Source: Lepidodermella squamata (lineage: Eukaryota; Animalia; Gastrotricha). From it: a stretch of DNA of 64,000 bases. Under the pieces are notes generated by a model. The model searched no databases. It saw only the letters and a list, made by a program, of their open reading frames with translations, and had not been told where the DNA came from. The translations under genes and the position numbers were made by a program. The stretch is taken from contig JBLDXI010000024.1 in assembly GCA_047495785.1 (NCBI GenBank), forward strand, positions 2,480,001-2,544,000, in the 5' to 3' direction. Positions within the stretch are counted from its first letter, which is position 1, and every line of letters begins with the position of its first letter. Shown piece after piece: positions 24,636 through 35,924 of this stretch.

Positions 24636-27038
24636 TCAAGGTAGATTGATTGTGACTTCAAGGTCAGGATTTAGGATATAAAATGCCTCTTTTACACCTG
24701 TTAAATGCATGAGCAGACTTGTCGTGCCCGAGCTGATAAGTAACGCGAAAGCCATTATTATGTCTTGATTCAGAGGATTTACTGTCACCAGGAGCGCCAA
24801 AATCCCACCCACGAGTAACGTGGCTTGATTTAGAATGGCGATGCGAAGGAACTTGAGAACGCTTATTGTGTTGATCCTCCGCAACTCATAAGCCATCACG
24901 GCTGCAAGCAAGAGGAAAAGAGCATTTGCCGCGAGAAGCACGCCTTCGAAGGTGATGTCGTCACTAGACTGGCAGACACCAACAACCGAGTCAATTATGA
25001 GATCATTTTCGTTATCGAAAATGCGATCGTTGATCAAAGTGACTTCGTCATAAGTTGGTGGGGATACTCCTAGCCAAACAGCGATCACTATGACATTGAT
25101 GAGAACAACAGGAAAGGAAAAGATGAAAATGCTCTTCCCGTTACGGCTGAAGGATTCTCGCTTCGCAGCCGGATTCGAGACTTGAATTGACGCAACATTC
25201 GAGTCCCTTTTAGCCACGGAAACAAAACTACGAGTTCTCGAGACTCGTCGACCAGTTTTAGTACCAGTCAATTCAGAACCAACGGCTGACGTATGTCTGG
25301 GAGATTTGATTGCCCCGCTGTGTTTAAGCCCACGGAAAACTCTGATCCGACTGAACAGAAACGCATGAAGCATAGCTAGACCAAGGGCGGCGAGAATCGA
25401 TCGAGATTTACAAAGCGAATCCGGGTCTTTTTGGCTGCGTTTCGCAGTCGCAAACAAGACAGCTGCTGCATTCATCAACAAGCATCCAATGGTTAATATT
25501 GCAGTCTTTGCCCAGGGTAATTCAATAGCCATATGGACACCCTTTCGAAAATGTAATTGAAAAGCTGCCGCAATGATATTTCCGATCGATGATGCAACAC
25601 TCAGGAACAGGACGATTCCAAAACAAGCCATAGGAATATCTTTGAATGTCTTGATAAGCTTGATAGAGTCATTAGGTGGTAACCGATTTTTCGTCGACCA
25701 AGGAATAGGTTTTATCACTTGATACTCATAGTCCGAATATCCAACCCCGCTCGCATTCTTCCTTTGAACAACTTGAGCGAATGTCTCGTACCCATTGGCC
25801 TTCCGCGACCATCTCAAGATGAAATTTGGTTCGCTATCAAATTCAACCCGTGGGGTGAACTTGACAGGCCCGACCCGGACTCCGTTGTAGGTAACGAGGG
25901 TTGTGCTTTCATTCACAGCAGCTAAAACAGCCTTCTTATTCTTACTATAGTCCTTCAGGGTCATATTTTTCCGATTCAAAATTTTCTCAGCTAGATCGAG
26001 TGTTAGCACTGTCCGAAGGCCGATGTCGTAACAAATGTGACGACGGTCGTAGTCGCCAGTTCGTGAGTTATTCATGATAGAGTCAGCCATTTTCTCGATT
26101 TGGTCTACATCGAGACCAAAAAGAGAAGAAGGTCCGTTATTCGCGACTGCAACCAAGGCCTGCCCCGAGACAATGGTGTGCTCCATTTGGTTTTTGAACA
26201 TGTCTTGCGTACAACCTGCCGGTAGGCTAGGCAACGGATCCATAATTGGCTGAACCCTCGTGTCGAGGATGATGACGTATTTTGGACCAGTCATACCCAT
26301 GCGATAGGCCATGCATAGGAATCTAAGAGTTTGGGCCGGATCCGAAATTTCAGCAAGAATAATTCTAGCCCCGCTGTCTTTCAACATGCCCATAGATACA
26401 TCGTCGATGTCCATAAAAGCGTTGAAGAAACTAAGCTCAAGCCCAGCAATTTGACTGATGTCGTAGAACGCCATTCCGAGGTTGAAGTTAAAGATGTTAG
26501 TTGCATGCATGAAAACAGCGACCTTATTCCAACCCGGCTGGCTTTTGATAAATTTAACTCTTGCAATCTCCATGGTCTCGCCAGGGCCTCTTTCTCGATA
26601 GAAAGTCGGGTAGATCGACCGGCTGTTAGTGAACATTGGTGATAGACAGGCAAATGCGACTGTTACCATGTCGAGATGATGAACAACTCTGCTGTAGCTT
26701 AGACACCCTGGGGTATAGGTCGGGCCTATCGAGAAAGGAGCTTGATAGTAAGGGAGGTTGCCTTCTTCAAACATGCGACTGAATCTCACTGCTTTCCCAA
26801 CGGTGAAGTCGCTATTGCGACCCTCGTCCTCGAATACAGGCTCGATGTGATAGTCGGGTAATATATCGGATCGGTTGTTCGCAAGTGACATTACCAGTTC
26901 CATCATGACTTTGCAGTGTTTTCCATCCCTAGGTTCAGCGCCAGTGAAAGGAATAATCGCAAGAAATTTCAGCCGATTCGGCTTTTGGATGGCAGATACA
27001 CGGCACAAAAGAAGGGCAAGGATAGTCGCCTTAAGCAT
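24636..27038 (-). CDS. Divergent class C GPCR (GABA-B-like), intronless paralog
   Basis: 800-aa ORF sharing PFTGAEPRDGKHC, GPTYTPGC and GDYDRRHICYD with its neighbours, plus a 7TM C-terminal half. Confidence 0.9.
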   Translation of the reverse strand: MLKATILALLLCRVSAIQKPNRLKFLAIIPFTGAEPRDGKHCKVMMELVMSLANNRSDILPDYHIEPVFEDEGRNSDFTVGKAVRFSRMFEEGNLPYYQAPFSIGPTYTPGCLSYSRVVHHLDMVTVAFACLSPMFTNSRSIYPTFYRERGPGETMEIARVKFIKSQPGWNKVAVFMHATNIFNFNLGMAFYDISQIAGLELSFFNAFMDIDDVSMGMLKDSGARIILAEISDPAQTLRFLCMAYRMGMTGPKYVIILDTRVQPIMDPLPSLPAGCTQDMFKNQMEHTIVSGQALVAVANNGPSSLFGLDVDQIEKMADSIMNNSRTGDYDRRHICYDIGLRTVLTLDLAEKILNRKNMTLKDYSKNKKAVLAAVNESTTLVTYNGVRVGPVKFTPRVEFDSEPNFILRWSRKANGYETFAQVVQRKNASGVGYSDYEYQVIKPIPWSTKNRLPPNDSIKLIKTFKDIPMACFGIVLFLSVASSIGNIIAAAFQLHFRKGVHMAIELPWAKTAILTIGCLLMNAAAVLFATAKRSQKDPDSLCKSRSILAALGLAMLHAFLFSRIRVFRGLKHSGAIKSPRHTSAVGSELTGTKTGRRVSRTRSFVSVAKRDSNVASIQVSNPAAKRESFSRNGKSIFIFSFPVVLINVIVIAVWLGVSPPTYDEVTLINDRIFDNENDLIIDSVVGVCQSSDDITFEGVLLAANALFLLLAAVMAYELRRINTISVLKFLRIAILNQATLLVGGILALLVTVNPLNQDIIMAFALLISSGTTSLLMHLTGVKEAFYILNPDLEVTINLP

Positions 27039-27986
27039 GTTTGTATTTTACTCGTTTGTTTTTCTTGAAGTACTAAGGTATCTTGGTACAAAATGGTAAT
27101 GTTTTAGGTGAAATTGAGTGCGTGGTGACCTCGAATCACTTAAGCGAATGGAATCACGGAATTCTGAAAGTAGGATTTTTTGAATGCAATCAAGTTGATG
27201 GAGCCTTTTTGAACTCTGGGATAGTCTTTCGCTGGAGACGCAATTATATCATCCCCCTCTTCATTTCGTGCGCCGCCGTCGTTTCTCACAACCGGAAACG
27301 TTAATTAAGACGCTTGTGAAGTAGCCTACAAGTGACATGTGTCAGCGTACATTTGCCTCTAAAGACTTTCGCACTGAGATCCCGATATGGCGGAACGTCG
27401 AAGATTAGTTATGAAAGATTTCAATTAATTAAAGTGTTAATAAAGGTTTTTCCTATAGAATTGTCTTTTGAATATAGATCTAAACTCCATACTTTGCAAG
27501 GGCTAATGTGGAAAATCTATGTTTTATCGTTTTGTTCCTTCAGCGCATATTTTCCATAACCAAACTAACACGCAAGCTTGAAGACTAGAAGAAGAACGGA
27601 TATGTCGGCATTTTTAAGATAGTCTTTCATCAGTCGATGAGATATGGTTGCAAGTTTTCATCGAAATTTTCACACGGCAAACGAGAAAATTCTGAACGAG
27701 AAATGTATTGCTTCTATCTGTAAATAAATGAATTTTGCGTTACACACGTGAAAACACTATTTTTTGTTATCTCAGCTGGAAGAGTGCAAGCATATGATCG
27801 ACTCTGCCGATGAATAAGTGCTTAATTGTTTTCACTCATCGCGATGATGCCCGGGCGCGGTTGAAGCAGTTGTTTAAGCAAGCATTGTCTAAATCGAGAG
27901 CAAGTTCATCTTTAAAGAGTCGCAGACGATTTTCGAAACTGCATTTTCCACTCGATCATTTCAAAGTTAAACTTATTAATTTTATC

Positions 27987-28590
27987 ATGGCGCGAGCATT
28001 TTTTCTGTTATTTGCCGCTCTCTTCGTCGTTCCTACTTCTGGTCAAGACGCGCTATGGGTCGAGGAAGTTCCATCAAGTCGCACCGATTTCGTGTCAGTT
28101 AGCTACGCTTGTGGTAATATCTACAACATTACAGGCGCTTATGATATCTGCGCATGTAAAAACCTCTGCATTTGGGAAGGCTCTCGGTGCCAATCTATTG
28201 CTTACAACCCGTACGACCGCTCCTGTCGTCTGCAATCTGCCTGCCCGGAATCGTCTTTGACATACCCGCCAACCTACGCTATGTTGAAAAAAGATTCAAG
28301 TAATCACAGAAAAGCTTTCATCGAGGTATTTTATCGATTTCATTTTCGCAGCTCTTGGTCGATTCAGCCGCGTCGATTTTGACTGTGGTAACGTGATGGG
28401 GACATATTCCAGACCCACAATATCCGACTGCGCTGCTGTGTGCTATAGCGACGGTTCTTGCCGCGCTTTCACGTACTCCCCATCTTTTTCGAAGTGCATC
28501 ATCAGCTCGGCTTGTGTCAATACTGGTAAATTGCTCACTGCAGACTACTGGGCATTCCAGGCTAATTATCCAGCCTTCGGTCGCCGTTGA
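27987..28590 (+). CDS. Small secreted tandem PAN/Apple-domain protein; 2 exons (intron 28300-28351)
   Basis: Signal MARAFFLLFAALFVVPTSG. Two PAN Cys patterns (CKNLC...CQSIAY...C and CAAVC...CRAFTY...C). The 52-nt GT-AG intron keeps the frame, and the protein ends AFGRR*. Confidence 0.82.
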
Positions 28591-29013
28591 GCTTGATCGC
28601 AGGAACCTTGCGGAGAGAGGATAGTTTCATTGCTATTGATATTTATTTGAGTGAGGCGGAGGTGTGAGGAAGGATTGCTGGATTGTAATGCGATGTGTCG
28701 AAATAAAACGATGTGAGGAAACCTAGTTTAGACTGTTCATCGATAAACAGAAGAATTCGGTGGACATACTCGAAAATAATTCGTGCAGCCTTTCAGCTAG
28801 ATTTCTCCAGAATAAATATGATTTTCTTTCACTTCGAATTATTTCGGTGAAGTGCCGACAATGGCCCCGCCAAGACAGCAGACTACGACCGCTTATACGT
28901 TCTCAAGTGGTTATCAGCTAGTTAACTAGCTAACTTGTGGAGACTTTCTTCAATGATCGGTTTCCAACGACGAGAGTCCACATTTGACGTCAACTTGGCA
29001 TACACTTGTTATG

Positions 29014-29361
29014 GCATGTGAAAAACCTCTGCATTTGGGAAGGCTCTCGGTGCCAAACTATTGCCTACAACCCGTACGATCGCTACTGCCGTCTGCAATC
29101 TACTTATCCGGTATCATTGTTGACGTAACCGCCGACGTACGCTATGTTGAAGTAATTATGAACATTTATTTTCCGCGCTATTTTATCGGTTTCATTTTCG
29201 CAGCTCTTGGTCGATTCAGTCGCGTCGACTTTGACCGCGGCACATATTCCAGGCCGACGATAGCCAACTGTGTCTCCGAGTGTTACAGCGTCGCTGCTTG
29301 CCGCGCTTTCACGTACTCCTCATCTTTTTCGAAGTGTATTCTCAGCTCGGCTGAAACGTGA
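29014..29361 (+). pseudogene. Decayed tandem duplicate of the PAN-PAN gene
   Basis: High nucleotide similarity to 28152-28512 including the intron. Signal exon lost, a small indel, a 9-nt deletion and an early stop. Confidence 0.8.
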
Positions 29362-29662
29362 AAAAATCTACCTGAGATTGTTCACCGTTCAGAGGAAGTG
29401 ACTATTGACTATCTTTCACCTTGAAAAGTTCTTCTTTCCCGGTCTTTAATTTCAAGTTGTTTATTTTCGAATCCTCCTGAAGCCTAAAGTCTGAAATAGG
29501 TCTTGCTTCTGAACAAAATATTTATCAATTTTTGCAAATATCGTTACGCCCCAGAATATACTTTTATTTGTTAATTTCGTTCCAGCGGCTGGTAAAATAT
29601 CAAATTATCAACTAGCAATCATATTTCTCATACAGCAAATTACGTGCGTTATACGTCTTGAT

Positions 29663-30256
29663 TTAGGGGCCGACGTTTATACAAAATTGCGCCATCGCTG
29701 CTTGTACCAGAGCGCATTTATGCGATTCCGGCAGCGCCAAGTATGATGCCAAATTTAGAGGAGTATTGCTGGACGGACCATTGGATCCTTGAAAGGCAAA
29801 CATCGGCTGGAGCGTAGATTGAACATTTGGAATGTAGGGAGTTCTCACTCCACAGTAAGGAACTCCGTTGCAGTAGGCCGTAGTACAACCGCAAGAACCC
29901 TGAAAATTAGGCTTTTAGTTGAAGAAACCGTAAAGTAACTTTGGAATGCAAACTTGTTCGCCAGTTCGGGCCTTTGCTGTTTGAATCGCTTGCGCGCCCG
30001 CCGCAGACTGGCCTGTTTCGGATTTAAAGCAGGAAAAGGTAATTGTAGCATTTTTAGCAGGAAGTCTATTTATTATCCAATTTAAACCGCAATTGTCACA
30101 ATCGCCTATCGCTTTGACAGTTGCCGAGTGTTGCCCCGGATCGAATGATATAGTATCAACGCCGATAACTTGCGCCGTGCCATTGAAGCATTGAATTTTC
30201 GTCAATGCTGGACTGAGGCCGAAAGCAGCGATAATCAAAGCAAGCAGCGTTAACAT
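29663..30256 (-). CDS. Novel secreted Cys-rich protein, three-finger/LU-like core plus C-terminal extension (intron 29900-29953; possible second in-frame intron 29807-29848)
   Basis: Signal MLTLLALIIAAFGLSPALT, then IQCFNG, CDNC, TFSC and CGCTTAYCN (LU-type CxCx4CN end), followed by YCG...C-x9-C. Confidence 0.7.
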
Positions 30257-30952
30257 TTTCAGGAGAAGCAAGCAGGATAAAATAGCCAGTGAAGGTGAAA
30301 CAATTTTGTTGGGCGAGAAGCCGGATGTTTTTCTGAAAAGATCTTCCTCGAAGGCAAATTTTAACGTTGTTTAATTTCAACGATAAGCCGACAGTGCTTC
30401 CAGCTTATCTGCTTGAATCGCATTAGCCGCCTGCGAATTGCACGTGATTTATGTATACGGCGACATTTTTTCAGCCTTTCTTAAGCCAGCAATGGCGTAC
30501 GAAATCTTTTTAAATGTCTCCAACTTCCTATTATTCATCACCATGAAAACAAATGAGGGGCTTCTTGGGGAGCATTAAATATTTATGGAGGAATATTATT
30601 TCAAACCTAACCGTAAATTTAGGGTGTAAGGCACGGAATCGAACTTAAAATCTTGGAGTTTTCTTCCTAATTACTTGGTCGAATTAGTATCGATCTCAAT
30701 ATTTTCATCTTCCGTCTTTCAGTATCATTTATCTTTATATAATATATGAAATTATACAGTTAAATGCAAGCAACATCGCTGCAATATGCTCCAGACTCAC
30801 AATTATGAGGGTTTTTGTAAACCTTTTTGTAAATCCAAAACCGTTGACATTGAATGTGGCCTGAAACCGAAGTACATTTCCCGATGTCGTTTACCAATAT
30901 AAGATTATCATAGAGCGATTATTGTCGCATATTATTGTATTCAGACTTAGAT

Positions 30953-31588
30953 ATGCCCTGGATTGTGTCAGCCTTTGCTGTCACCTTGATTGCAGCTTCC
31001 ACCTTTAACGAATGCTTGGGTTCGATGAATCGTCCTTATTTTACACATGTGTTATATATCACGTTTCCTTTCCGCATGAACAGGCGTATCTTGCTACGTC
31101 GGGAGTATAATTGAAACCGTAATTTACGGCGGATCATCGGATCCAGTCGCTTATAACCTAACGATTCAAACAAGGTGCAGCTATTGCCAGCGATCAGAGG
31201 CAATAGGTGGCGGCCAGGCGCGAGTTACTTTTGGATGCACGTCGCCTGGAAACGAAATGGATAATTTCATTCAATTTGCTGTAGGAGTAAATGGTGCAGT
31301 TAGTGGAAGCCAGGTATTACAGTTAGTAGACTTCGTGAGCGCTTCAGTTGTCGGTATGTTTTATAGCTGTCCTGCAGCTGCACATATGATAATTGCAATC
31401 GAGACCGCTTCTGTGGCCAAATTTCACTCATGCCAGAACCGGTAAGGCTGCCGCCCGGGCAAGACCCGACTGTTGGTATCAACCGCAAGGTGGCTACGAC
31501 TATCCGCGACAGGTGCCAGGCTTTAGCCACAGCTGTTGCGCTGATTTGCCAAAACGTTATTGCGAATGAAAATATGATTCAGAGCTAA
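30953..31588 (+). CDS. Paralog of the 29663-30256 Cys-rich protein (172 aa); exons 30953-31019, 31084-31313, 31367-31588
   Basis: Manually assembled: MPWIVSAFAVTLIAASTFNECLG-VSCYVG...DP...CSYC...ARVTFGC...SQ|LSCSCTYDNCN..FCG...CQALATAVALIC. It has the same Cys pattern and the same phase-0 intron position as its neighbour, and is only partly seen by the ORF track. Confidence 0.8.
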
Positions 31589-32132
31589 ACCACGAGCAAT
31601 AAGGTGGATCTGCATTCCACGTAAATCCAATCGATATATATCAGACTTTGCTCGCTATAAATAACTTCTAGCTAGCAAATTATCCGAAATAAAAACACCG
31701 CTGGCCTTATTTCTAATGTTCTTGTAGACACTATCAGGGCGGATGAACGATTTCGGAACTCGCTTTGACGACAGTTGCTATGTTTTAGCGTTTATTTCAG
31801 TTTTGAATTTACCAGGCTCACATCAAGAACATAATCGAAAGTATCAAATCTATCAAATTACGTCGAATTCCCCTAGGTGAACATTATACAGTAGAATGTC
31901 AAAGAAATTCATCGATTTGATACCATGTACTGGGCATTACAGGCAGGATGGAATAAAGGTGAACAATTTATTTTCCACCGTTCATCTGATAAAAAGTGTC
32001 GGCTATATTATTGCCTGATGAACGAAATAAGCAGTGGCTGACACATTCACGCGACATATGAAGCTAGTTTCGTTGCTTTTACCATGTATCATTCTTTAAT
32101 CAAAGTGATTGATCGCTGTCGAGTACGTGTCC

Positions 32133-33407
32133 TGTAACGGTGACGGGTACTCGCGATCACGGGATCATGACCGACGACCCGACTTGTATTTAGGCAAAAA
32201 CAATTCCCGACAAACTAAGAAACTAGGCGGTTTTATTAAGGCTAAGGCTAGGCTAATTCATGATCTCCAAAACGGAAGATGATAATTTCATGTAAAATTG
32301 GGCTTTTTATAGCCAGTTTGTGAAACAGGTGGAGCGCGCGCTGCCAAGCAGCACGCGCCGAACATATGTTGCTAGAAATAGTAAACAGGGCGGTGGCGTC
32401 ACCGCCACACTCTCCCCCACTCAATCAAGCGAAAGCTATCAGTATTTTACTACACGCGGTAAAAGAGATGAATCACGGAAATGAATGATCACTGATAGTC
32501 TTAATAAAGTGTTCACATTTGACGGCGGCAGTTGAAAGATGAAGGCCAGAGATTCCAGTCGGTCGGGACTTGCTTGATCGGACAGTTTGCCACGCGGGGT
32601 TTTCACAGGCGCAGATGCTAACCAGGCTACCAGAGTGCTGACGGGCGAACAGCGGCGGTCGAGTGCACACGTCGACAACGGGTCGGAAAGGCACAAGACG
32701 GGCCACACGGGCGCAGGTCGCCTGTTGATTCCGTTGAAACCAGGTAGACGACCGACTCCATCGAACAGACGGCGGACACGGAAAGCCAGGCGAAGAACAG
32801 ACGGTACGGGTTCGAAGCGCAAGACGGCAATTCGAGCCAGACAGGCTGACGGTACCAGAAGACAGGCAGGCAACGGAAGACGGCGGAGTCGACGGACCCT
32901 CAAAGACTGAACCGAGGCGGATGACGGCGCGACCAGCGGACGGAAGGCAGGACGGAACGGAAAGGAGGTGTCGGCGGAAGCGCGGTCAAGACGGACGGGC
33001 GGCTGTCGTTTCCAGGCAAGCGTTCGAGCGAGGACGGCGTTCACAGGTTGCAGGGTTGCCACAGTCCCTGATTCCAGGCCAACGGGTTGTAGCGACTGCC
33101 ACGATCACTACTTCCCGGCCGATGCACCAGTGTAACGGTGACGGGTACTCGCGATCACGGGATCATGACCGACGACCCGACTTGTATTTAGGCAAAAACA
33201 ATTCCCGACAAACTAAGAAACTAGGCGGTTTTATTAAGGCTAAGGCTAGGCTAATTCATGATCTCCAAAACGGAAGATGATAATTTCATGTAAAATTGGG
33301 CTTTTTATAGCCAGTTTGTGAAACAGGTGGAGCGCGCGCTGCCAAGCAGCACGCGCCGAACATATGTTGCTAGAAATAGTAAACAGGGCGGTGGCGTCAC
33401 CGCCACA
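32133..33407 (-). mobile_element. Non-autonomous LTR retrotransposon (TRIM-like), 1275 bp, LTRs 32133-32409 and 33131-33407
   Basis: Two 277-bp TG...CA direct repeats, identical by eye. 5-bp TSD TGTCC (32128-32132 and 33408-33412). Minus-strand PBS TGGTGCATCGGCCGGGAA is complementary to the tRNA-Gly 3' end, and PPT AGTGGGGGAGAG abuts the other LTR. No gag/pol motifs inside. Confidence 0.93.
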
Positions 33408-33738
33408 TGTCCCCTAAATGATTGGCTTTAACCTTCAATTGAAGACGGTCTACTTCAGTGGTAAACACAATCATGTTTATGACGTTAACCTTGAGCATAC
33501 TGAATTATGAATGTTGTTAGCAATAGCTCAACATTACAGCTTTACCGTTTCCAAAAATCAAACCAGCCGGAAATGAACTAGAAACAAGAAAGAACGAGCC
33601 TCAGCCTATCTAAGCCAATAATTGGCTCGAACGTGATTTGACGCATGTCTCGCCCGCGCAACTTTGCATGGATGTGGACAGATTCTTAATTTCACGATCA
33701 AAGCCAAAACTGGTTTATTGATTTATTTAAAATTTTTA

Positions 33739-34251
33739 TCAAATATTGAAAACATGTTCACATACAGCGCCGAAGTTTTTCAGTGAATTGCAGTCAACGT
33801 CATGCCACAACCCTTGAGGCATCAGAGCCGCGCATTTTTCAACGCCGCCTTTATTGTCGTTCTGACCAGGTGCCCAGCCGGAGAATTCTTTCGTAGGCTC
33901 AAAACACGACCCGTCAACCCACTGCCACATATCCCGAGGACACCCAGTGGTATTGCGATGCAGCCCAATCCAACCATTTTCGGTACCAACGCTGTCGACA
34001 AGTAGCTCGATATCCAACTGCTGTTGCTCGGTTTTGACCACAGCGAGGCGAGCGTCCATCTGGGAGCAAGTTACATTCGCCTCGAACCATGTAAGGGGTG
34101 GAGCAATCAGGAAATATCGCTCTGCCCTCGTGTGCTTGTAAATTGATGTAACAACGCCATTGTTGAGTGTCACCGATTCAACATCGATCTCGAGTTCAAC
34201 GCAATGAGCAAACGAGAGTAATGCAGCGAGAAAAGAATAAAGGACTAACAT
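33739..34251 (-). CDS. Secreted single-domain C-type lectin, intronless
   Basis: Signal peptide, WFEANVTC, GWIGL, WAPGQNDN...EKC...WHDVDC...AVCE. Confidence 0.9.
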   Translation of the reverse strand: MLVLYSFLAALLSFAHCVELEIDVESVTLNNGVVTSIYKHTRAERYFLIAPPLTWFEANVTCSQMDARLAVVKTEQQQLDIELLVDSVGTENGWIGLHRNTTGCPRDMWQWVDGSCFEPTKEFSGWAPGQNDNKGGVEKCAALMPQGLWHDVDCNSLKNFGAVCEHVFNI

Positions 34252-34367
34252 TTTCTATTCCTGCAATCTATGGAATAAGGAACAGTATAAACAGCCAAGT
34301 CTTCGTAATCAACGAGTGCGAGATAAGGCAAAGCGTGGTTGTATATGTGCTGAAAGCTAATTTAGCG

Positions 34368-34939
34368 TCAAACATTCATGTTTCCTAAGCGTCTCTGCTG
34401 ACTACGCCATTGATTATAGTCCCAACGCTTGACTTGCGCTATGACATTGCCACAGTTGGAGCACCTATTGCGATAACAAGAGTAACAATGACTGCAGCTT
34501 TAAGCGCTTTACCTGTGTTCACAGTCTTTAAACCAATTTATCCTGAAAAATTACGAGATGACTCGTTGAAATTGAGACAATGATACTGGCTTACACGCAT
34601 GGCAGGAAGCTGAGTATTACGCCGAAGATGAAAAGGAAAATTGTTGCTGCGAGAGCGTAGTACCCAAATGTGTATTTGACTGTGGTTTCAGCCATCACGC
34701 GACACTGAGGGCATGAAACGGTGACCGGTTCGAAGCCAAAATACAGTGAATTACTTATTGGTGTTGTAAGTCGGGGCGTATCCGCAGCATGACCTTTTGA
34801 TAAGTGTTTTTGTTACTGAGACGTTAAATTAGGAATGTTTACCTGCTGGAGTTTGAATCGCAGAGTAAGGAGGAGGCTCACTGTTAGCGCCGTTTCCATT
34901 TTGGTTACCAGTAGAAAGTATCCGTGCTTTTTCTTCCAT
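34368..34939 (-). CDS. LITAF-domain protein; 4 exons
   Basis: Manual assembly: MEEKARIL...EPPPYS...FGFEPVTVSCPQCRVMAETTVKYTFG-hydrophobic-PCVINWFKDCEHRCSNCGNVIAQVKR. It has a PPxY motif and split CxxC/HxCxxC knuckles, with three short GT-AG introns (first at 34794-34842). Missed by the ORF track. Confidence 0.88.
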
Positions 34940-35924
34940 TTTGACACTAACGAATAATATTTCCCATTATTCATGCTGGTTGCTCTCTGTATTTTAAGTT
35001 GATTGATAAAGCCCTTATCTAACTGCTTCGGTTTATCTATGCATTATCGGCGTAAAACAAGTAATCCCTCAGCGCAAAGCGTATTTTTAGGAAAAGGACG
35101 AACATTTCAAGCCGAAAAAACAGATAGCGATATGGAAAAATCATCCCTGCGCCTTCATCTCCTCTCGACAATTCCAAAAAGGGGAAATACAAATCTGATA
35201 TGGGAAACCCCCATTATTAGGGACAAGGTGATTGTGCAAATGCAATGCTTGGTTTTTAACTATACTACCCAATACTTCACCAGCAAAGTAACATCATTTT
35301 GCTTAGAAAATCTTCTTGAATCACCTTTGAATGTCTGTAACCCGGATATATTGCTTATTAGCTTTAAATCTCACCAGAAACTGTTTATACTCTATCTCTT
35401 AAATTAACAAAGAAAATAATCTGGGTCATGCTACTTATCGCTTATGAAAGTACGAAATAAGAAAACCGAACATTTATTCCTTTAACCCTCGACTGAAACG
35501 TCTTGTACTCTTTCAGGTAAAAGACAAAGTGAAGAAAATTAAAATTAGCCTTCCACCTACGTTTTATCCCTTATTGCTTGTCATTTTCGCATTATTTTTG
35601 TTTTAACAGCAGAGATTAGAGTAGACATGGCAGCCGTTTAAAAATCGACATCATTCAGATAACTTTAGATAAATTTGCCAGTTAAAATTACGCCATTACC
35701 CTGTGAAGCTAATTTTAGTGTCGGGAACGTGCGTCGGGAACGTGCGAAATCAACATCCTCGCGATCGAGGCTGGAGGGCATGTTATTTCGAGCTTCATTA
35801 GAAATAAGTAAAACGGCACCAGACATTAAGAACGTATTTTCAATTACGTGATTGATATTTCCGGGATAAATTCAACACATCGCATCCCAGAAGGGGACAT
35901 ACGCGAACCTCATAATTCTGAATC

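Noticed and set aside
32439-33062. 207-aa ORF inside the LTR element and overlapping ORFs
   Set aside because: Non-ATG start, low-complexity translation of GC-rich repeats and no gag or pol motifs.
35003-35407. 134-aa ORF upstream of the third GPCR
   Set aside because: Non-ATG start, AT-rich and no motifs.
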